This document shows, piece after piece, positions 34,951 through 48,971 of a stretch of 64,000 bases of DNA; within the stretch, counting starts at the first letter, position 1; the number at the start of each line of letters is the position of its first letter. A model generated the notes under the pieces. That model was not told the DNA's origin and ran no database searches. It was given only the letters and a program-made list of their open reading frames with translations. This DNA is from Amoebidium appalachense (taxonomy: Eukaryota > Protista > Ichthyosporea). The position numbers and the translations under genes were made by a program. The DNA lies in assembly GCA_963693365.1 (NCBI GenBank), contig CAVNZM010000007.1, positions 6,507,962 to 6,571,961 on the forward strand. Direction: 5' to 3'.

Positions 34951-36093
34951 ATGGCAGGCCATGTTGAACTCACATAAATTAGCACTAGTAGTAAAAACCA
35001 AGCTGTGTACATTTTAATTGAGCATCTGGAGGGGCTGCTGTATAGCTATATGATACCACTATCATTTGACAGATATGTGTAATATAGATGTTAATAATTT
35101 TCCTGTAAAATTGTAAATAATAACTGGTGGCACGGCCTTCTGGATACATATAACAATGGATGTTTTATGGGGCCCCGTTTCGTGGGAATGCTGGCATACT
35201 TGAAAGAGAATACATAAGAGAACGAATCGGATGCTGATGGGGTACAACAACTTGCAGAGTTTGTGGGTGCCTGGAGCGGCACTGAGGGGATTATAGTAGG
35301 GATAATTATATTGCGGAAAGCTGAACAGTGTAGGGTACTATAGACGGCGCTGAACATGCCTGTATGAAGTCTGTACATATGCGTGTATGTGGTATATTAT
35401 ACCGGATATCTAGTATGGATGTACACAGGTTGAGATATACGCACACGTGTACATGTAAGTATACCACTGTGTTTGATCTTAGGTAGGCCAGTATGCATGT
35501 CCCCCCCAGTCTTGTGCGCATGAGCATGGAGTTAAACATATGTGCACGTGCAGCTTGCAGGATTATTCATGGGAAAACAGATATAATAGTCACATGGGAC
35601 CGACACGTAGACTAAGTAGAGGAACCATGAGCGTTAAGTTATAGTTTTATCATGGGAAAATATGCAAGTAGCCGTGAGGTATGACTGTGGAATGCATCGT
35701 TAGGCAAGTACTGTCACCCGATTGGCTCACTAAGTTTATTGGAACCGTGATAGCCATGGGACAGAACCGTGAACCGTATGTGATTGGCTCTCGTAGCCAA
35801 AAGGACATACCGATGCGCATGTCTGAGCCGCTGTGCGAGCTCCAATATAAGGGCATGTCGGGGGCTTCAGAGCTCACTCAGTGTGCTCGGCTTACTAGGT
35901 GTAAGTAGGACTAGCACGTAACTTAGCAAAGCGTGGTCTAGTCAACCCCGTTCATTTACAAATATATTGTTTGTCACAGACACACGATCATTTTATACAA
36001 CAGCTGAGCTACACCCCCTGCAGTGCTAGTTCTTGCGCTGCAAGTGTGCTCGTTTCAAAGCAAATACTATGTTTTTAGTTGTTTGGGTTCTAA

Positions 36094-37965
36094 CATGTCT
36101 GGCCACCTTGGTGACGACAATGCCGGCCCTAGCGGCCTGCATGGGGGCGAAGCAAGAAACGCCGACCTTATTTTCCTTCAAGAACTCGGGTATAATGTTC
36201 CCCTTTCTCCCCCCGGCGCTTCACCGTGGTACCCTCCTGGAGCAGACATTCCGTTGCTCGACCGTGTTTACTTCCGTACACACGACCTGCAACACGGCAA
36301 TCAATACTGCTTCTCTTTTCGTTCAGGGGAAACCGACTACGGCCAATCATTTGACCCCGAAGACCTGCCACCTGAAGACAATCGACATTCATCAGTCGAC
36401 CTTCTCCACGGGCTGGAACTGTCGAGGTCAACGTGAACGCAAGCAGAGGCACCAGACGCCCTGGTACGCGCCCTAACGGAGTATGCAAATTTGCACAACA
36501 AAACGGGCGTGAGCCTGGCAGCTTGGTGCTGGTGCGTTCTTGGGTGTCTCCTTCTGTTCATGCTGCTGGCATTGTTGGTATCGAAGTTTGCCAGCTGTAC
36601 AGCGCGCACGGCAGGCACTCACCATGCTCCACCAACAACTGCTCGCCCTCGCGAATGTATTCACTTCCAGGCAAAACTACGCGTGCCTTTCAGGGCAGTC
36701 TTCCCACATAACTAAGTCACATGAAATTATCAATCAGTTAGTGGCTCTTAGTCGTGGTGAGCTCGACCTAGTTGTTACTTATTATGGTAATTGGGGCCCT
36801 CGAAAATTTCATCCAAGCATGCTCCCCTCGTGGGTTCGTGCCGGACGGGGCCCCCGTAAGAACTCTGGCCGAGGTGGTAGGGGTGGGCGTGGTGGTGGCC
36901 GGGGGGGGCATAACAACCCCCCTCCTGCTGCCAACGAAAATGGGGATGGTAATGCAGGTGGCGGCGGCCCCCCACCTCCCCCGGACGGTGGTGCTGACGG
37001 TGGTGCCGGTGGTGCTAATGGTGCCGGAGGTGCTAACGGTGCTGGTGGTGCCGGTGGTGGTGGTGGTGATGGCGGTGGCGACGGCGGTGACGGTGGCGAT
37101 GACGGTGACGGTAACGACGGCAACGGTGACGACCGGGAGGGGAAGGAAAAGATTCAACACATCCCCTCAGCAGCAATTCAGTCTCGTCCTATGCTCGAGG
37201 CAGATGCCGATATCGACGAATTCTACAAACAACTCCAACATCATTTAATTTTCTTTTGTATTATGGAGTTGGTGGGCTTAAATCGCACGTTGATGTTTAT
37301 TCGTATGTGCATGGGCCCCGGGGACCCCCGAGATGCTGCCGATAACGTCGACCTTTCCACGTGCACCGGCATGGACGATTTTTGGGCTAAGTTCCTTGAG
37401 AAGTATTTAGACAAGGAACGTAAGGAGGAGCATTTAGACGAGCTGAACAAGCTTCGTTTTATGCACACTCGGGCCTCGATAAAGACATTCCACAAGAAAT
37501 TTAATTGCATCGTCTCCAACACGGGTCTCAAGAACATGCCCGAGGTCGTGCTTCATCATTACCAACGTACCCTCAACGACTACCCGGACCTTTGTTCGGA
37601 GGCCCGGGCTGCCACCACCCTCAAGCAAGCCATGGCCCGTGTCATCCGACGGTATGAAGCTGATGTGGGTGCTCACAATTTAAAATGTAACCGTAATGTG
37701 GGTGGTGTAGATGAGATGGGTGGTGGTAGTGGGGGGCATGGTGGTGGTGGTGGTGGTCACGGGGGTGGCCACGGGGGTAGTGGGGGTAATGTTCAAGTTG
37801 GTGGTAAGGGTAAATCTAATGGGGGGGGGCAAATGGGCTAAGGACGATAAAAAGAAAGATAAGAGGGGGCCCAATTGTTGGGCATGCAAGCAGCCGGGGC
37901 ATCGTTTTAAAGATTGCCCCACCCGAGCTGCCAAGAAGAACAAGGGCAAGCAAAGTGAAAAATAG
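36094..37965 (+). pseudogene. gag: G3 gag (disrupted), Gly-rich with zinc knuckle
   Basis: ORFs 36023, 36540 and 37711; CWACKQPGHRFKDC knuckle; capsid-like FLEKYL...L.KL.F...SI..F..KF. Confidence 0.8.
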
Positions 37966-40900
37966 ATAATTGCCGGTGCTAGATGCACGGATACGGCATG
38001 TATTGCACATTGTGACCCAGTGGGTCACGAGAAAGTAATTAAAAATGTGCCTATACCAAGTGCTTCTGCCCCGGCTTCTTCCGATATCCCCCCCTCCGAG
38101 CCCCTTTCCCCCGACCCCCGACCCCCCACCCCCCCACACCTATCCCCCCCCACAAAGAAACTTCGAACACTCGATAGAATAAGAAAAGTGTTCGATATAA
38201 GTGCCATATGCAATGCAGGAAGACGTATCTATGTTAATGTTACGTTGAGTAATGAAAAATACTTTGCATTGTTTGACACTGGGGCATCATTCACGGTGGT
38301 TAGTGAAGCTGTTTTTTCCCGACACACGCAGGAGTTTGCTTTGCAACCCTCTGATGTGATTGTTACTTCCGTACGGAAAAACGATAAAGCTCTAGCTGTG
38401 AGTGGTGAAGTGATGCTCCCGTTATGCCTCGGTTCTCAAACATTCATGTGGCCTTGCTTAGTAATTAAAAATATTAAGCATGACATGATTATTGGGAACG
38501 ATTTTGCCAACAAACACATTGCCACCACTAATCATCAAGCACACTCACTAACACTGGTGTCGGGGATGGTGGTGCCGACGTCATCTTTGCACACCCCCTA
38601 CACAATGTGTCCTGTTACCGTCAAGCACGACACCACCGTCAAATCTGGCTTTGGATGTGTATTACGTGCAACGGTGCAGGTGACTGCTGCTGCTGCTGCT
38701 GCTGGCACCCTCGGTATCTTCGAGCCTACTCGTGAATTTCGAGATAAGTTCCCCCCCACCATCTGTGAAATTAGTGTGGATAAATCTATTGCTGTTGTGT
38801 GCGAAAATGGTGTGGGTCCGGATTTGAACGTGTTCGGTACCATCGGTCATTTCGTTCCTACGAGCCGACATGAGTACATACACGAACTGAGTGTTTTGCA
38901 AGCCGAACCCCACCCCAGTCGTACACAAACCGTCGTTGGTGCAATAGCGCAGTGCATCAGGTGGGCAACGGGGGGTGGAGAAGGTTGCCTACCCAATTCA
39001 CCTCCGGCCGTGCCACCGGGCCGGGTGCCTACCGATAACATGTGTGGGCACGAAGGGCATGTGAGTGGGACACGAGGCGGTCCGATACACTCACCGATCG
39101 ACCAATCAATGTGTGCCGTTGATCATGAAACCCCCCCCCCCCCCCCACGAAAAATTTCGGAAATTTCGGGTGGGGGTGCACACGATGCCGGCCAGGCTCC
39201 CCACGGTTTTGATTGGAATAGGGTGCCTCAGATTATGCTTCCGGATGTCAAGAAACTATTAGAAGCACACTCTTGTTGCTTCATCACTACGGACCCCGAC
39301 GAATTTCCTCAGATAAAAGGATTCACCATGCACATAGACACGGGAGATAACCCACCGATTCGATTAAAACAGTGGAGGTTGGAACAAGTGAAAGAGCAGG
39401 CTGCAAAGGAGATCGTAGAGGATATGTGTCGTAGAGGGCAGATGGAACAAGCACACAGTCAGTATAATTCACCCACCTTCGTAATACGAAAACCAAACGG
39501 AAAATACCGTCTGCTGACTGATTTTCGTGCTCTTAACAAGCAAATTCGAAAATCTGCCTGGCCCATGCCCAACTTGCAACAACAAATAGAGAAGTTGGCT
39601 GGGTATAAGTATTTCTGTAAAGCTGATATGTCGGGTGCCTTTTACCAAATACTGCTAGACGCTGAGTCACGTGAAAAAACAGGATTTTCTGTGGCTGGTG
39701 TGCAGTATCGTTATTGTGTGGCACCACAGGGGCTAAGTACTTCCCCGTCCCAGCTAGCATCTATCATGACACAGATTTTGGCCCCTCTGGCCGATGACGT
39801 GGTGGTATATGCCGATGATTTAGCTGTGGGTGCACACACCGAAAAAGAATTAATACAGAAGCTTGACCGACTTTTCACCCGTCTCGGTGAATATGGAGTT
39901 AAGCTCGATGGGGCAAAGACATACATTGGGCTCACGGAAATACCGTTTTTGGGTTGGATTGTAGGTGTGAATGGCATTCGGCCCGACCCGAAAAAGGTAC
40001 AGGCAGTGAAAGATTGGCCGGTACCAAACACACTACACCAACTCCGGGGTTTTCTGGGTATTACTTCCTATCTCCGCCGTCACATTTTAAATTATGCAGA
40101 GCGAGCCCGACCCATGAATGCCGAGTGTTACGGAGAAAAACACCGACGTTTAAAATGGACGGACGAATTAGATCGCTCGTTTAAAGATTTAAAATCGACG
40201 TTATCGGAGGAAGTGCTTGCCCTGCCCGATCTTTCCCCCACGGGGGGTCAGTTTCTTATTCGTTGTGATGCTAGTCGGTTCTCGGAAGGGGCTTGCCTGT
40301 ATCAAAAACAAAAAGATGGCAAGTTCCGCACAGTGGCATATGCCTCCCGGATGTTTCAACCTACCGAACGTAGGTGGAGCAACATCGAACGAGAAACGCA
40401 TGCAATCTATTGGGCACTGAAAGAGTTTAGGGTGTACGTGTATGGTCGAGTGAATACTATTGTGGAAAGTGACCATAAGCCCTGTCTTTCTCTTAAAGGT
40501 GTCAAACGGATAGCAAACGAACGGATCATGCAACGGTGGGCTTTGGAAATGCAGGAGTATGATTTCGATCTATACTACCGACCTGGCCCTACCATGCGCA
40601 ATGCTGATGGGTTAAGCCGTATAGGATATATTCTGCATGAGAACGAAAACATACCACTGGAAAGGTGGGATGTGAAAAAGGAATTACAAGAGGTTCTCAC
40701 AGCAGATTTATCCGAGCTTAGCTCGAAACCAGCCGAAGTGTTTGTTGATTGGGGTGATGCACTCGAATTCTACACATTTTCGATCCAGACCGCTTGAAAT
40801 GTGCACAAATTTCTGCACTCAGTCAAGCCGGCCTGCCCTCCCTTTCTGCACTCGGTGGTGCCGGCTATCAGAAGGAAGCAATTATGATGGCACAGGGGGG

Positions 40901-42575
40901 GACAAAATGTGTAAGGATATAATCACGTGGCTCCGGTGGCTTGCCTCCCTCGATGCCGAGGCCAAACGGGAATGGCAGGCAGGGGGGGAACGAGCTGCAC
41001 ACGGTCTTAATCTTGACTATTTCGGATACAAAAAGGTTAAGAAAATAGCACAAATGTGTGTGATAGAGGATGGCAAGTAGAGTTGTTGAACGTTGCATTT
41101 GGGAAAGCGCGGGGGGGGGGGGGGGGGGGGAGGGGGGGGGGTACATACCAATTGGTGCTACGGAGTAGCCGATAGCCGGCCGTGACGATTTCATTTGTCC
41201 GTTTGTTCTCAAACCACATGTGCACAATCGTGTTTTTGGGCAACTTGGTCCCAAAATTGGTCCGACGGGGGGGCTCATACTGGCATTGAACGAACTTACG
41301 AAAGATTATACAATTACTATTGGCCACGCATACACAAAGATATCACTGCTTATGTGAATGCCTGCACACAGTGCCAAGGCCGTAACGATAACCCACACTT
41401 GAGAAGTAGGCCATTTGAACAGAGACACGAAAATTTAAAAATGTTCTCTCGTGTTTCTGTTGACCTTATGGGTCCGTTCACAGAAACGAAAAATGGTAAT
41501 ACCCTCATTTGTGTGTTTATGGATATGGCAACGAAGTATTTAATCACTGTGCCCATCCAATCTAAGCATGCCGTTAATGTTGCACATGCACTCATGAATG
41601 TAATTTGCTATATACACGGCCCCCCTCGTACACTCTTGAGTGATCAAGGATCCGAATTTCTCAATGAGCTAATTGTTGAGGTTTGCCGTATAGCAAATAT
41701 TGCACAAGTGAGCACCTCTGCATATCACCCACAAAGCAACAACGGTTCCAATGAACGGTCTCATAGATTTATTAATAATGCACTCTCAAAGTACGTTAAT
41801 TATGAGCACACTAATTGGGACACTCTGTTGCCGGTGGTTACACATGCATACAACACAACAACACACAAAATTTTGCAATGTACACCGTATTATCTTGTGT
41901 ACGGGCAAGAAGCAACACAATTCCCTGACGTTGCGGCCCTTCTTAGCAGTAACCACCCGGCACTCAAGGACCCAGAGTGGAAGGCATACCGGCGAGAGTT
42001 ACTAGCCCGTTTGCCTCTGCTCCGTGCTGTGGTCCAGCAACGCGCCGTACGAGAGCCCCCAGGCCCCTCGGTGGCTCGTGAATTTAAGAAGGGTGCACGG
42101 ATTCGTGTTCGGAATCAAGCCAAAAATATCGGTGCCTGATGTACGGTGGCTTACGGGTTACGAAATCGTCAAAAGGGTCGGCCCGGTCACGTACGAGATC
42201 CAAAGCTTAGCAACTATGAAGAAATCTAAGTGGCACGTGGACGATATTCAGCTTGAATTGAGTGAGCAAGATAGAATTCGGCCTCAAGATCTCTCTCACC
42301 TCCCGGACACGGGCGATAGTCACAATTTCAACAAGGTTCTGCCGGACGAGTGGGTGGTGGAAAAGGTGCTTGACGTAAGAATTCAGAAACGGCGCAAGCA
42401 ATCCACCCCTTACAAGTGGTACCAGATCAAGTGGGCAGGCAAAGATGAATCATTCACCTCTTGGGAGTGTGAGAAAGACTTAGCCTGCCCGGACAAGATC
42501 CGAGAGTTCCACCAACGCAGAGGTGACCTTGCATCGTTCCACGGATACATTGACTCATTGTGTGGAGCATGGTGA
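37966..42575 (+). pseudogene. pol: G3 pol (PR, RT, RH, IN, chromodomain) with frameshifts
   Basis: LFDTGAS, DFRALN, YADD, CDAS, SDHKP, AHTG...CTQC, DLMGP, SDQGSEF, YHPQSN; chromo WVVEKVLDVR...YQIKWAG...SWE. Confidence 0.93.
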
Positions 42576-44287
42576 CGTATGTCGAGGACGACATACTTCT
42601 TTTTACGGTGGGGCGTGTGGTATATTATACTGGATATCTAGTATGGATGTACACAGGTTGAGATATACGCACACGTGTACATGTATATATACCACTGTGT
42701 TTGATCTTAGGTAGGCCAGTATGCATGTCCCCCCCAGTCTTGTGCGCATGAGCATGGAGTTAAACATATGTGCACGTGCAGCTTGCAGGATTATTCATGG
42801 GAAAACAGATATAATAGTCACATGGGACCGACACGTAGTAGAGAAACCATGAGCGTTAAGTTATAGTTTTATCATGGGAAAATATGCAAGTAGCCGTGAG
42901 GTATGACTGTGGAATGCATCGTTAGGCAAGTACTGTCACCCGATTGGCTCACTAAGTTTATTGGAACCGTGATAGCCATGGGACAGAACCGTGAACCGTA
43001 TGTGATTGGCTCTCGTAGCCAAAAGGACATATACCGATGCGCATGTCTGAGCCGCTGTGCGAGCTCCGATATAAGGGCATGTCGGGGGCTTCAGAGCTCA
43101 CTCAGTGTGCTCGGCTTACTAGGTGTAAGTAGGACTAGCACGTAACTTAGCAAAGCGTGGTCTAGTCAACCCCGTTCATTTACAAATATATTGTTTGTCA
43201 CAGACACACGATCATTTTATACAACAGTGTACATGTATTAAAAGTAAATCAAGAGCGGAGCCAAAGAACTTATTTAATAAACAAAAGGTTTTATTTGTGG
43301 AATTTATTGACATAAATATTTTTTCTGGGTAAACACGTAGGATGGGTGTTCGGTATCAACATAACCATGTAGGCTTCATTTCGTGTTTTAGCAGTTCGCG
43401 GTTGGCTTCCCGCACACGGGCACCTATTAGCCAATCAAAACATTAGATTCCACATATCACTAGACCGAGTTTTGATTGGCTCGGATCAGATGTGGCACAT
43501 ATCACTAGATCGATTTTGATTGGCTCAGATCGGTAGGCTTAGGTATATAAGCACGACAGTTTTTAGCAGATCAGTGTAAACATCTGTACACGCCGTACAT
43601 GTTTACTATTACGAATATACTGTACATATCATAGTGATCACGTAGATATTGTGTACATACGATCAGATCAATATCACACGCGACAGCCGCGGGCTGCGGC
43701 TCACGACTGAGCCGCGGCGCCGGCAATATGCAGTGGCCGTGCAGTCAGTATGAACCAATAGAATTCGAGAACCGCTAGGATAGGAATGCAAGTCTCATCC
43801 ACTACGGAGGCGACATCTATAGCTAAACGAACGGAACCAATAAGGAAATCAGACCCAGTTGCATAAACCTAAACGGGCTTAAGTATTGACCAATCATTTG
43901 CCACAAAGTTATCCTTTTAGTTAGCTTCATGTTATTGGTGCACTGTGTGCACATAAAGACGACCGCACTCTTCTGACTGGTCAGAAGTCACGAAGGCATC
44001 AATGCCACCCATCCAGATGATCCGGAACCTGGGGGCTATATAAACAAGCCGTCCCAGTACGGGGGATCACTCTGAACGAGCACATTAAATAGTAACCTGG
44101 CCGCGTGTGCCTTACTACCCGTTCTCTGTCTTTATTCTGATTCAGTTGTTCTCTGCCTTATCCCAACTAGTTCAACTGTTTACAATCAGCAAGCTACAAA
44201 CACATCTTCTGTGTTTAGCACCCACAGCCTTACAGCTATATATTCCTTTTCATTCTCCCTATCTTTCTCTCCCGGACGCCGGTCAGC

Positions 44288-45826
44288 ATGCCGCCGAAAA
44301 AGCGCCAGGCCTCAGCCACCGCCCCTGCCGCGGCACCTAAGCGCCTACCCGCAGCGACCTCCGCCACAGGCTGACCAATGCTCCCGCGGGCCCTGACGCG
44401 CCTCCGGAGGCCCATACCACCACGGACCCTCCGGCTACTTCTCCCAGTCTACTCCTGAAGTCCCTCCTCAGGCCCCGCCGTCCCCCGCCGATGACTTCTC
44501 AAGACGCCGTCCTTGCCGCCCTCACCGCCATCAGCACCCAGATGGCTGGCGTCCTGGCCGCTCTCACCAACCGCGACCCTCCCACGCCCCCCGCCGCACC
44601 CTCCGCACCCGGGGAGCTCCTCGAGGTTTCCCCGGGGCTGCATCTCGGCCCTGACCTGGACCTACCTGCCCTGCCCGCGCCCCCCATTACAGGTGAGAAC
44701 ACTGGCGACATTCAGCCGGGCACACTGCCGCTTCCCCCCGCGGATGTGCTGGCAGATTTGCGCGCAAATCGTTTCGCCGACCTGTATAAGTTCACCCCTG
44801 CAGCCCTCCTGGCCCCATCCAAGAAACTTAAGGTCAGCAGCTGCGCATGGCCGACGACGGCAGCATCGTGGCTTTTCGCAATGACAAGCCCGTTCCCCTG
44901 CGTTCACTCCTCATTTGGATCCAAGCTTGGACCCATTACATTGCCGCCAAGCACCACCTCGACCTCCCCACGGACAAGGACGTACTTTGGACTCAGCACA
45001 TCACTCGCCTCAGCACCCGATACCCGTGGGCCCAGATCCACAACTATGACGTGTATGCCCGTACCGTTGCCCACCAGCAGGGTCGGGCTCCGATCGAGTG
45101 TCCCAACCTGCTCGCCCAACTCCCCAGGATCTCCTCCTGCCACCCACTCTGCTCCGAGTCATCCCGGACGCATGTCAGCGCTGTGGCTTCCCCAACCACC
45201 CCAGCGCGGCCTGCCCCATGTACCCCAAGCCCGGCTGTGGTCTTGACGGCTTCAAGCCGCACACAAGCCCGGCGGGGGCCAAACCCCCAACCGCCCTGGC
45301 CCGCAACCCGGCCCGGCAAAACCGGCCCGACCCGTGGATCTACCCGCGACGCACTGCAGGAATTTCCACATTAACGGTCGGTCCTGTGCTAAGCAGCCCA
45401 GCCCCTTCTCCCACGTGTGCCCGCTCTGCTCTGGCACACCCCCCCGCAAAGACTGCAAGCACAATGCCTAGTCTACTCGCACACACACAGATAGAACATA
45501 GGGGCTAGCCTAGAGCTAGGACACACGGGTACAAGGAAACGGAGCTCGGGAAAACGGGCCAATAGGGCTGAGTACAAATTTTCGCACGCCAACTGCGGCG
45601 CCCGCGCGCGCCAAGAATAAATGTCCCTACACAAAGACGCTATTCTGGCCACTGCACATAATTTTACTCCCCCCCCCATCCCACGAGCCTCCCTCCCCCT
45701 TGCACTCACCTAGCACTCCCTCCCCCCCCCTTCTTCTACCTCTGTGTCCGCCCACACCCCCACGTGCTCGGGCATCCCCTGCACAGGGCCCCGCTGCCCT
45801 CCCTGCAAACCCTCCCTCGGGCCCAG

Positions 45827-45858
<32 letters not shown>

Positions 45859-46303
45859 GCTGCCGGGATCTCCCCGAGGTGCCCCACCCTTGCTAACCAC
45901 ACCTTCCCCCGAGGCTCAGACCCGGAGGCCCGCCCGCTGCCCCAGCACCACATTGACACCTCCCGCCTCCGGGAGCTGCTGGCATCCTACCCAGACCAAT
46001 CATTCGCCGCACAGCTCCTCCACGATGTCGAATTCGGTGTCGACATCGGCTATCGCGGCCCCTCCACCTCTCGGGTGGGCCCCAACCTCCCCACCACCCC
46101 GGCTGCTGCTGCCGCTATCACGGCGGATATTGCCAACGAAGTCGCCCTCGGCCACCTGCGCGGCCCCCTCTCCCCGGACCAATTCTTCGCCGAATTTCCG
46201 GTCCACCGTTCCTCCCCCCTCGGCGCCGTTACTAAAAAAGGGAACCCCCCAAGTACCGTCGAATCCACCACCTCTCATGGCCCCGGGGCAGCAGCGTCAA
46301 TGA
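44288..46303 (+). mobile_element. Truncated DIRS/Ngaro-type (tyrosine-recombinase class) retrotransposon: gag plus N-terminal RT
   Basis: gag motifs WIQAWTHY...ITRLSTRYPWAQIHNYDVYAR and a Cys/His-rich tail. RT start SYPDQSF...FGVDIGYRG...NEVALGHLRGP...SPLGAVTKK, then (frameshifted) KYRRIHHLSWPRGSSVND. No YR domain present. Confidence 0.75.
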
Positions 46304-47238
46304 CAGCCTCTTCTACAGATCGAAGTGTGCTATGCCGCCGTTACTAAGGTTGACACCTACTAGTATACTGGTGCTTCATCAACCCGCTCTGCCATACAAC
46401 ACCTGTTGTTTTCCTTCTGAATCAGAATCTCTCTCCGCTTTATTTCTAGCACGGCTACGGCTGCACTCTACCCCTCTGGCCGCTTATGCTAACTTGGTCC
46501 TTTTGGCTGTAGCTGCCTAGCTCGCCACACGTGTGCTTGGTGCCCCGACCCTAGACGGTTGGAGCAACCACCAACGACGGTGCCCTGAGTCTTAACACCT
46601 CGGGCTACCTATGCACACTTACTGACTTACACACACCACACCACAAACCCCCACATATATACATCATTGAGTGCAGTGGTCTTTGAGTAACTTGGGGTCC
46701 TGGACAGCGGCTAACACATCACTGTGAATTGGTGTGAAGGCTTGCCTCCCAACGAAAGCCTTCTACTTCATTCTTTGATACGCACACACACACACGTACT
46801 GTACGCGACACGTGGCTTTACGCACTTGACTAGGCTCCGCTGAGAATCCTTCTACATCCCTCTTTTGGGCAATACCCGTACAACTTCATTGTCACCGCCG
46901 GGTGCTACGCGTCACACCGCTCGGCGTCGTACAGGTTGTGGCTGATGATCCTGATACAGTAACTATGTCGGACTTAGTAGGGACTCCGAGCCAGACTACA
47001 GTAGTCACGGCCGCGTACAGTAACTGTCGGACGGTCAACCTGCCCATCCCCTCAGGGCCCTCCCCCCGCCCCGCCCGTGACCTCCCCTCTCCCCCCCCCC
47101 CCCTCCCCCCCCCCCAGGCCCCCCCCCGGCCCTGACACACTGTGGCACACTCACACAAACACACAACCTGGGGCGGCCCCAGGCCTCCCCCAAGCCCCTT
47201 CCCCCTCCCCTCGAGCCTGCCCAGTGCCCACCCCTCCC

Positions 47239-47272
<34 letters not shown>

Positions 47273-47789
47273 TTCCCCCCCCCCCCCCCCCCCCCCCACC
47301 ACCACCACCACCACCACCTGTACCCCACCGGTCGCGGGCTGCCGTTATCTTACTTTTTCCCGACGGTCGGCAGGGCTGCCCGTAGAATTTTTTTGGCAGA
47401 ACGTTTTTGTAGAATGGATTATCTCAGGAGGTTGGCAAGCTGTGGAATCAGTATGTGGCCTCAGTGAATGCCCCTCAGTGAGTGCACTATATAACGTTAG
47501 CAGGCTGAGACTTCCGTAAGTCACCTTGAACAGTAGTAAAACTTTGAAAAGGCACTGCGTTGAACACAGTATTTTCAATACTATATCTCCAAATCAGCAT
47601 TATTTGTTTCATGATACTGCCATGCATGCGCACTGCACAAGGTGTGCTCGACATGGCAAATTCGCTTGTTAAACTTTAGGCTAGGCTATCTATCATCATA
47701 TGATTATCGTCTCTAGTAGGCATCAGTTGCAACTTGTGACGTCCGGATATGATGACTCTGCGGCTGTGGCATAGCCGACAGTCTCCCCC

Positions 47790-48320
<531 letters not shown>

Positions 48321-48940
48321 TCCTTGACACACAGAATTACCCCCACTGTGACACACGGTGACAATTTTAAACACACATCACACTGGCCCCTGAGTGCCAG
48401 TGACTTGACAGTACTGTATACCGTGCCCGGTGGGACGTCACAGTGACACAATGTCATATTAATAGTAGGTACTACTGGCTGCATTCGCTTGACCATGGCC
48501 TCAGCACTGCGCGATGCACATAATTGGATGATTCGCCTGCCTACACTGGCCAGTGGCGTGACGTGTACATTTATTAATATAGGGTGCCGGTTTCATGGCC
48601 CCAGGACACACGTGTACTTCAAGAATATTCGCGTTGTGACAGTACTACCACATGTGACGTGTGTCCATCATCGGTCATGATCACGGTCAGACGGTCGGGG
48701 AAAAGGTAGTACCGGTTTGATATTGCCGGATATGCTCAGCAAAATAGAAGCCATCGAGATATCACCGAAAGAATATGTGTCTGAGGCTCAGGGCGGGCGC
48801 ATTTCAGTGGGAAACTTTAAAGCTTTCGAGTCCTTCGAGACTTCCGAGGCTCCCCCCCCTCTTCCCCATTCCGCTCGAGCTCCCCGCTCCAGGCCCTCCT
48901 CCTCCGAGGCTTCCCGCCTCAGCTCTCTGCCAGCGCTGGG

Positions 48941-48971
<31 letters not shown>

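Larger units (their letters stand above)
35388..43226 (+). mobile_element. Ty3/Gypsy LTR retrotransposon with integrase chromodomain (element G3)
   Basis: LTRs 35388-36002 and 42616-43226 (TGTGG...CAACA), TSD GTGTA, and gag-PR-RT-RH-IN-chromo order. Confidence 0.95.

Noticed and set aside
41100-41145. Frameshifts in TE ORFs as programmed recoding
   Set aside because: Several coincide with long G/C homopolymers and are more likely slippage or sequencing errors.
43420-43730. CCAAT/ATTGG repeats and GC hairpin, reminiscent of Crypton-like termini
   Set aside because: I could not define element ends or any recombinase ORF.
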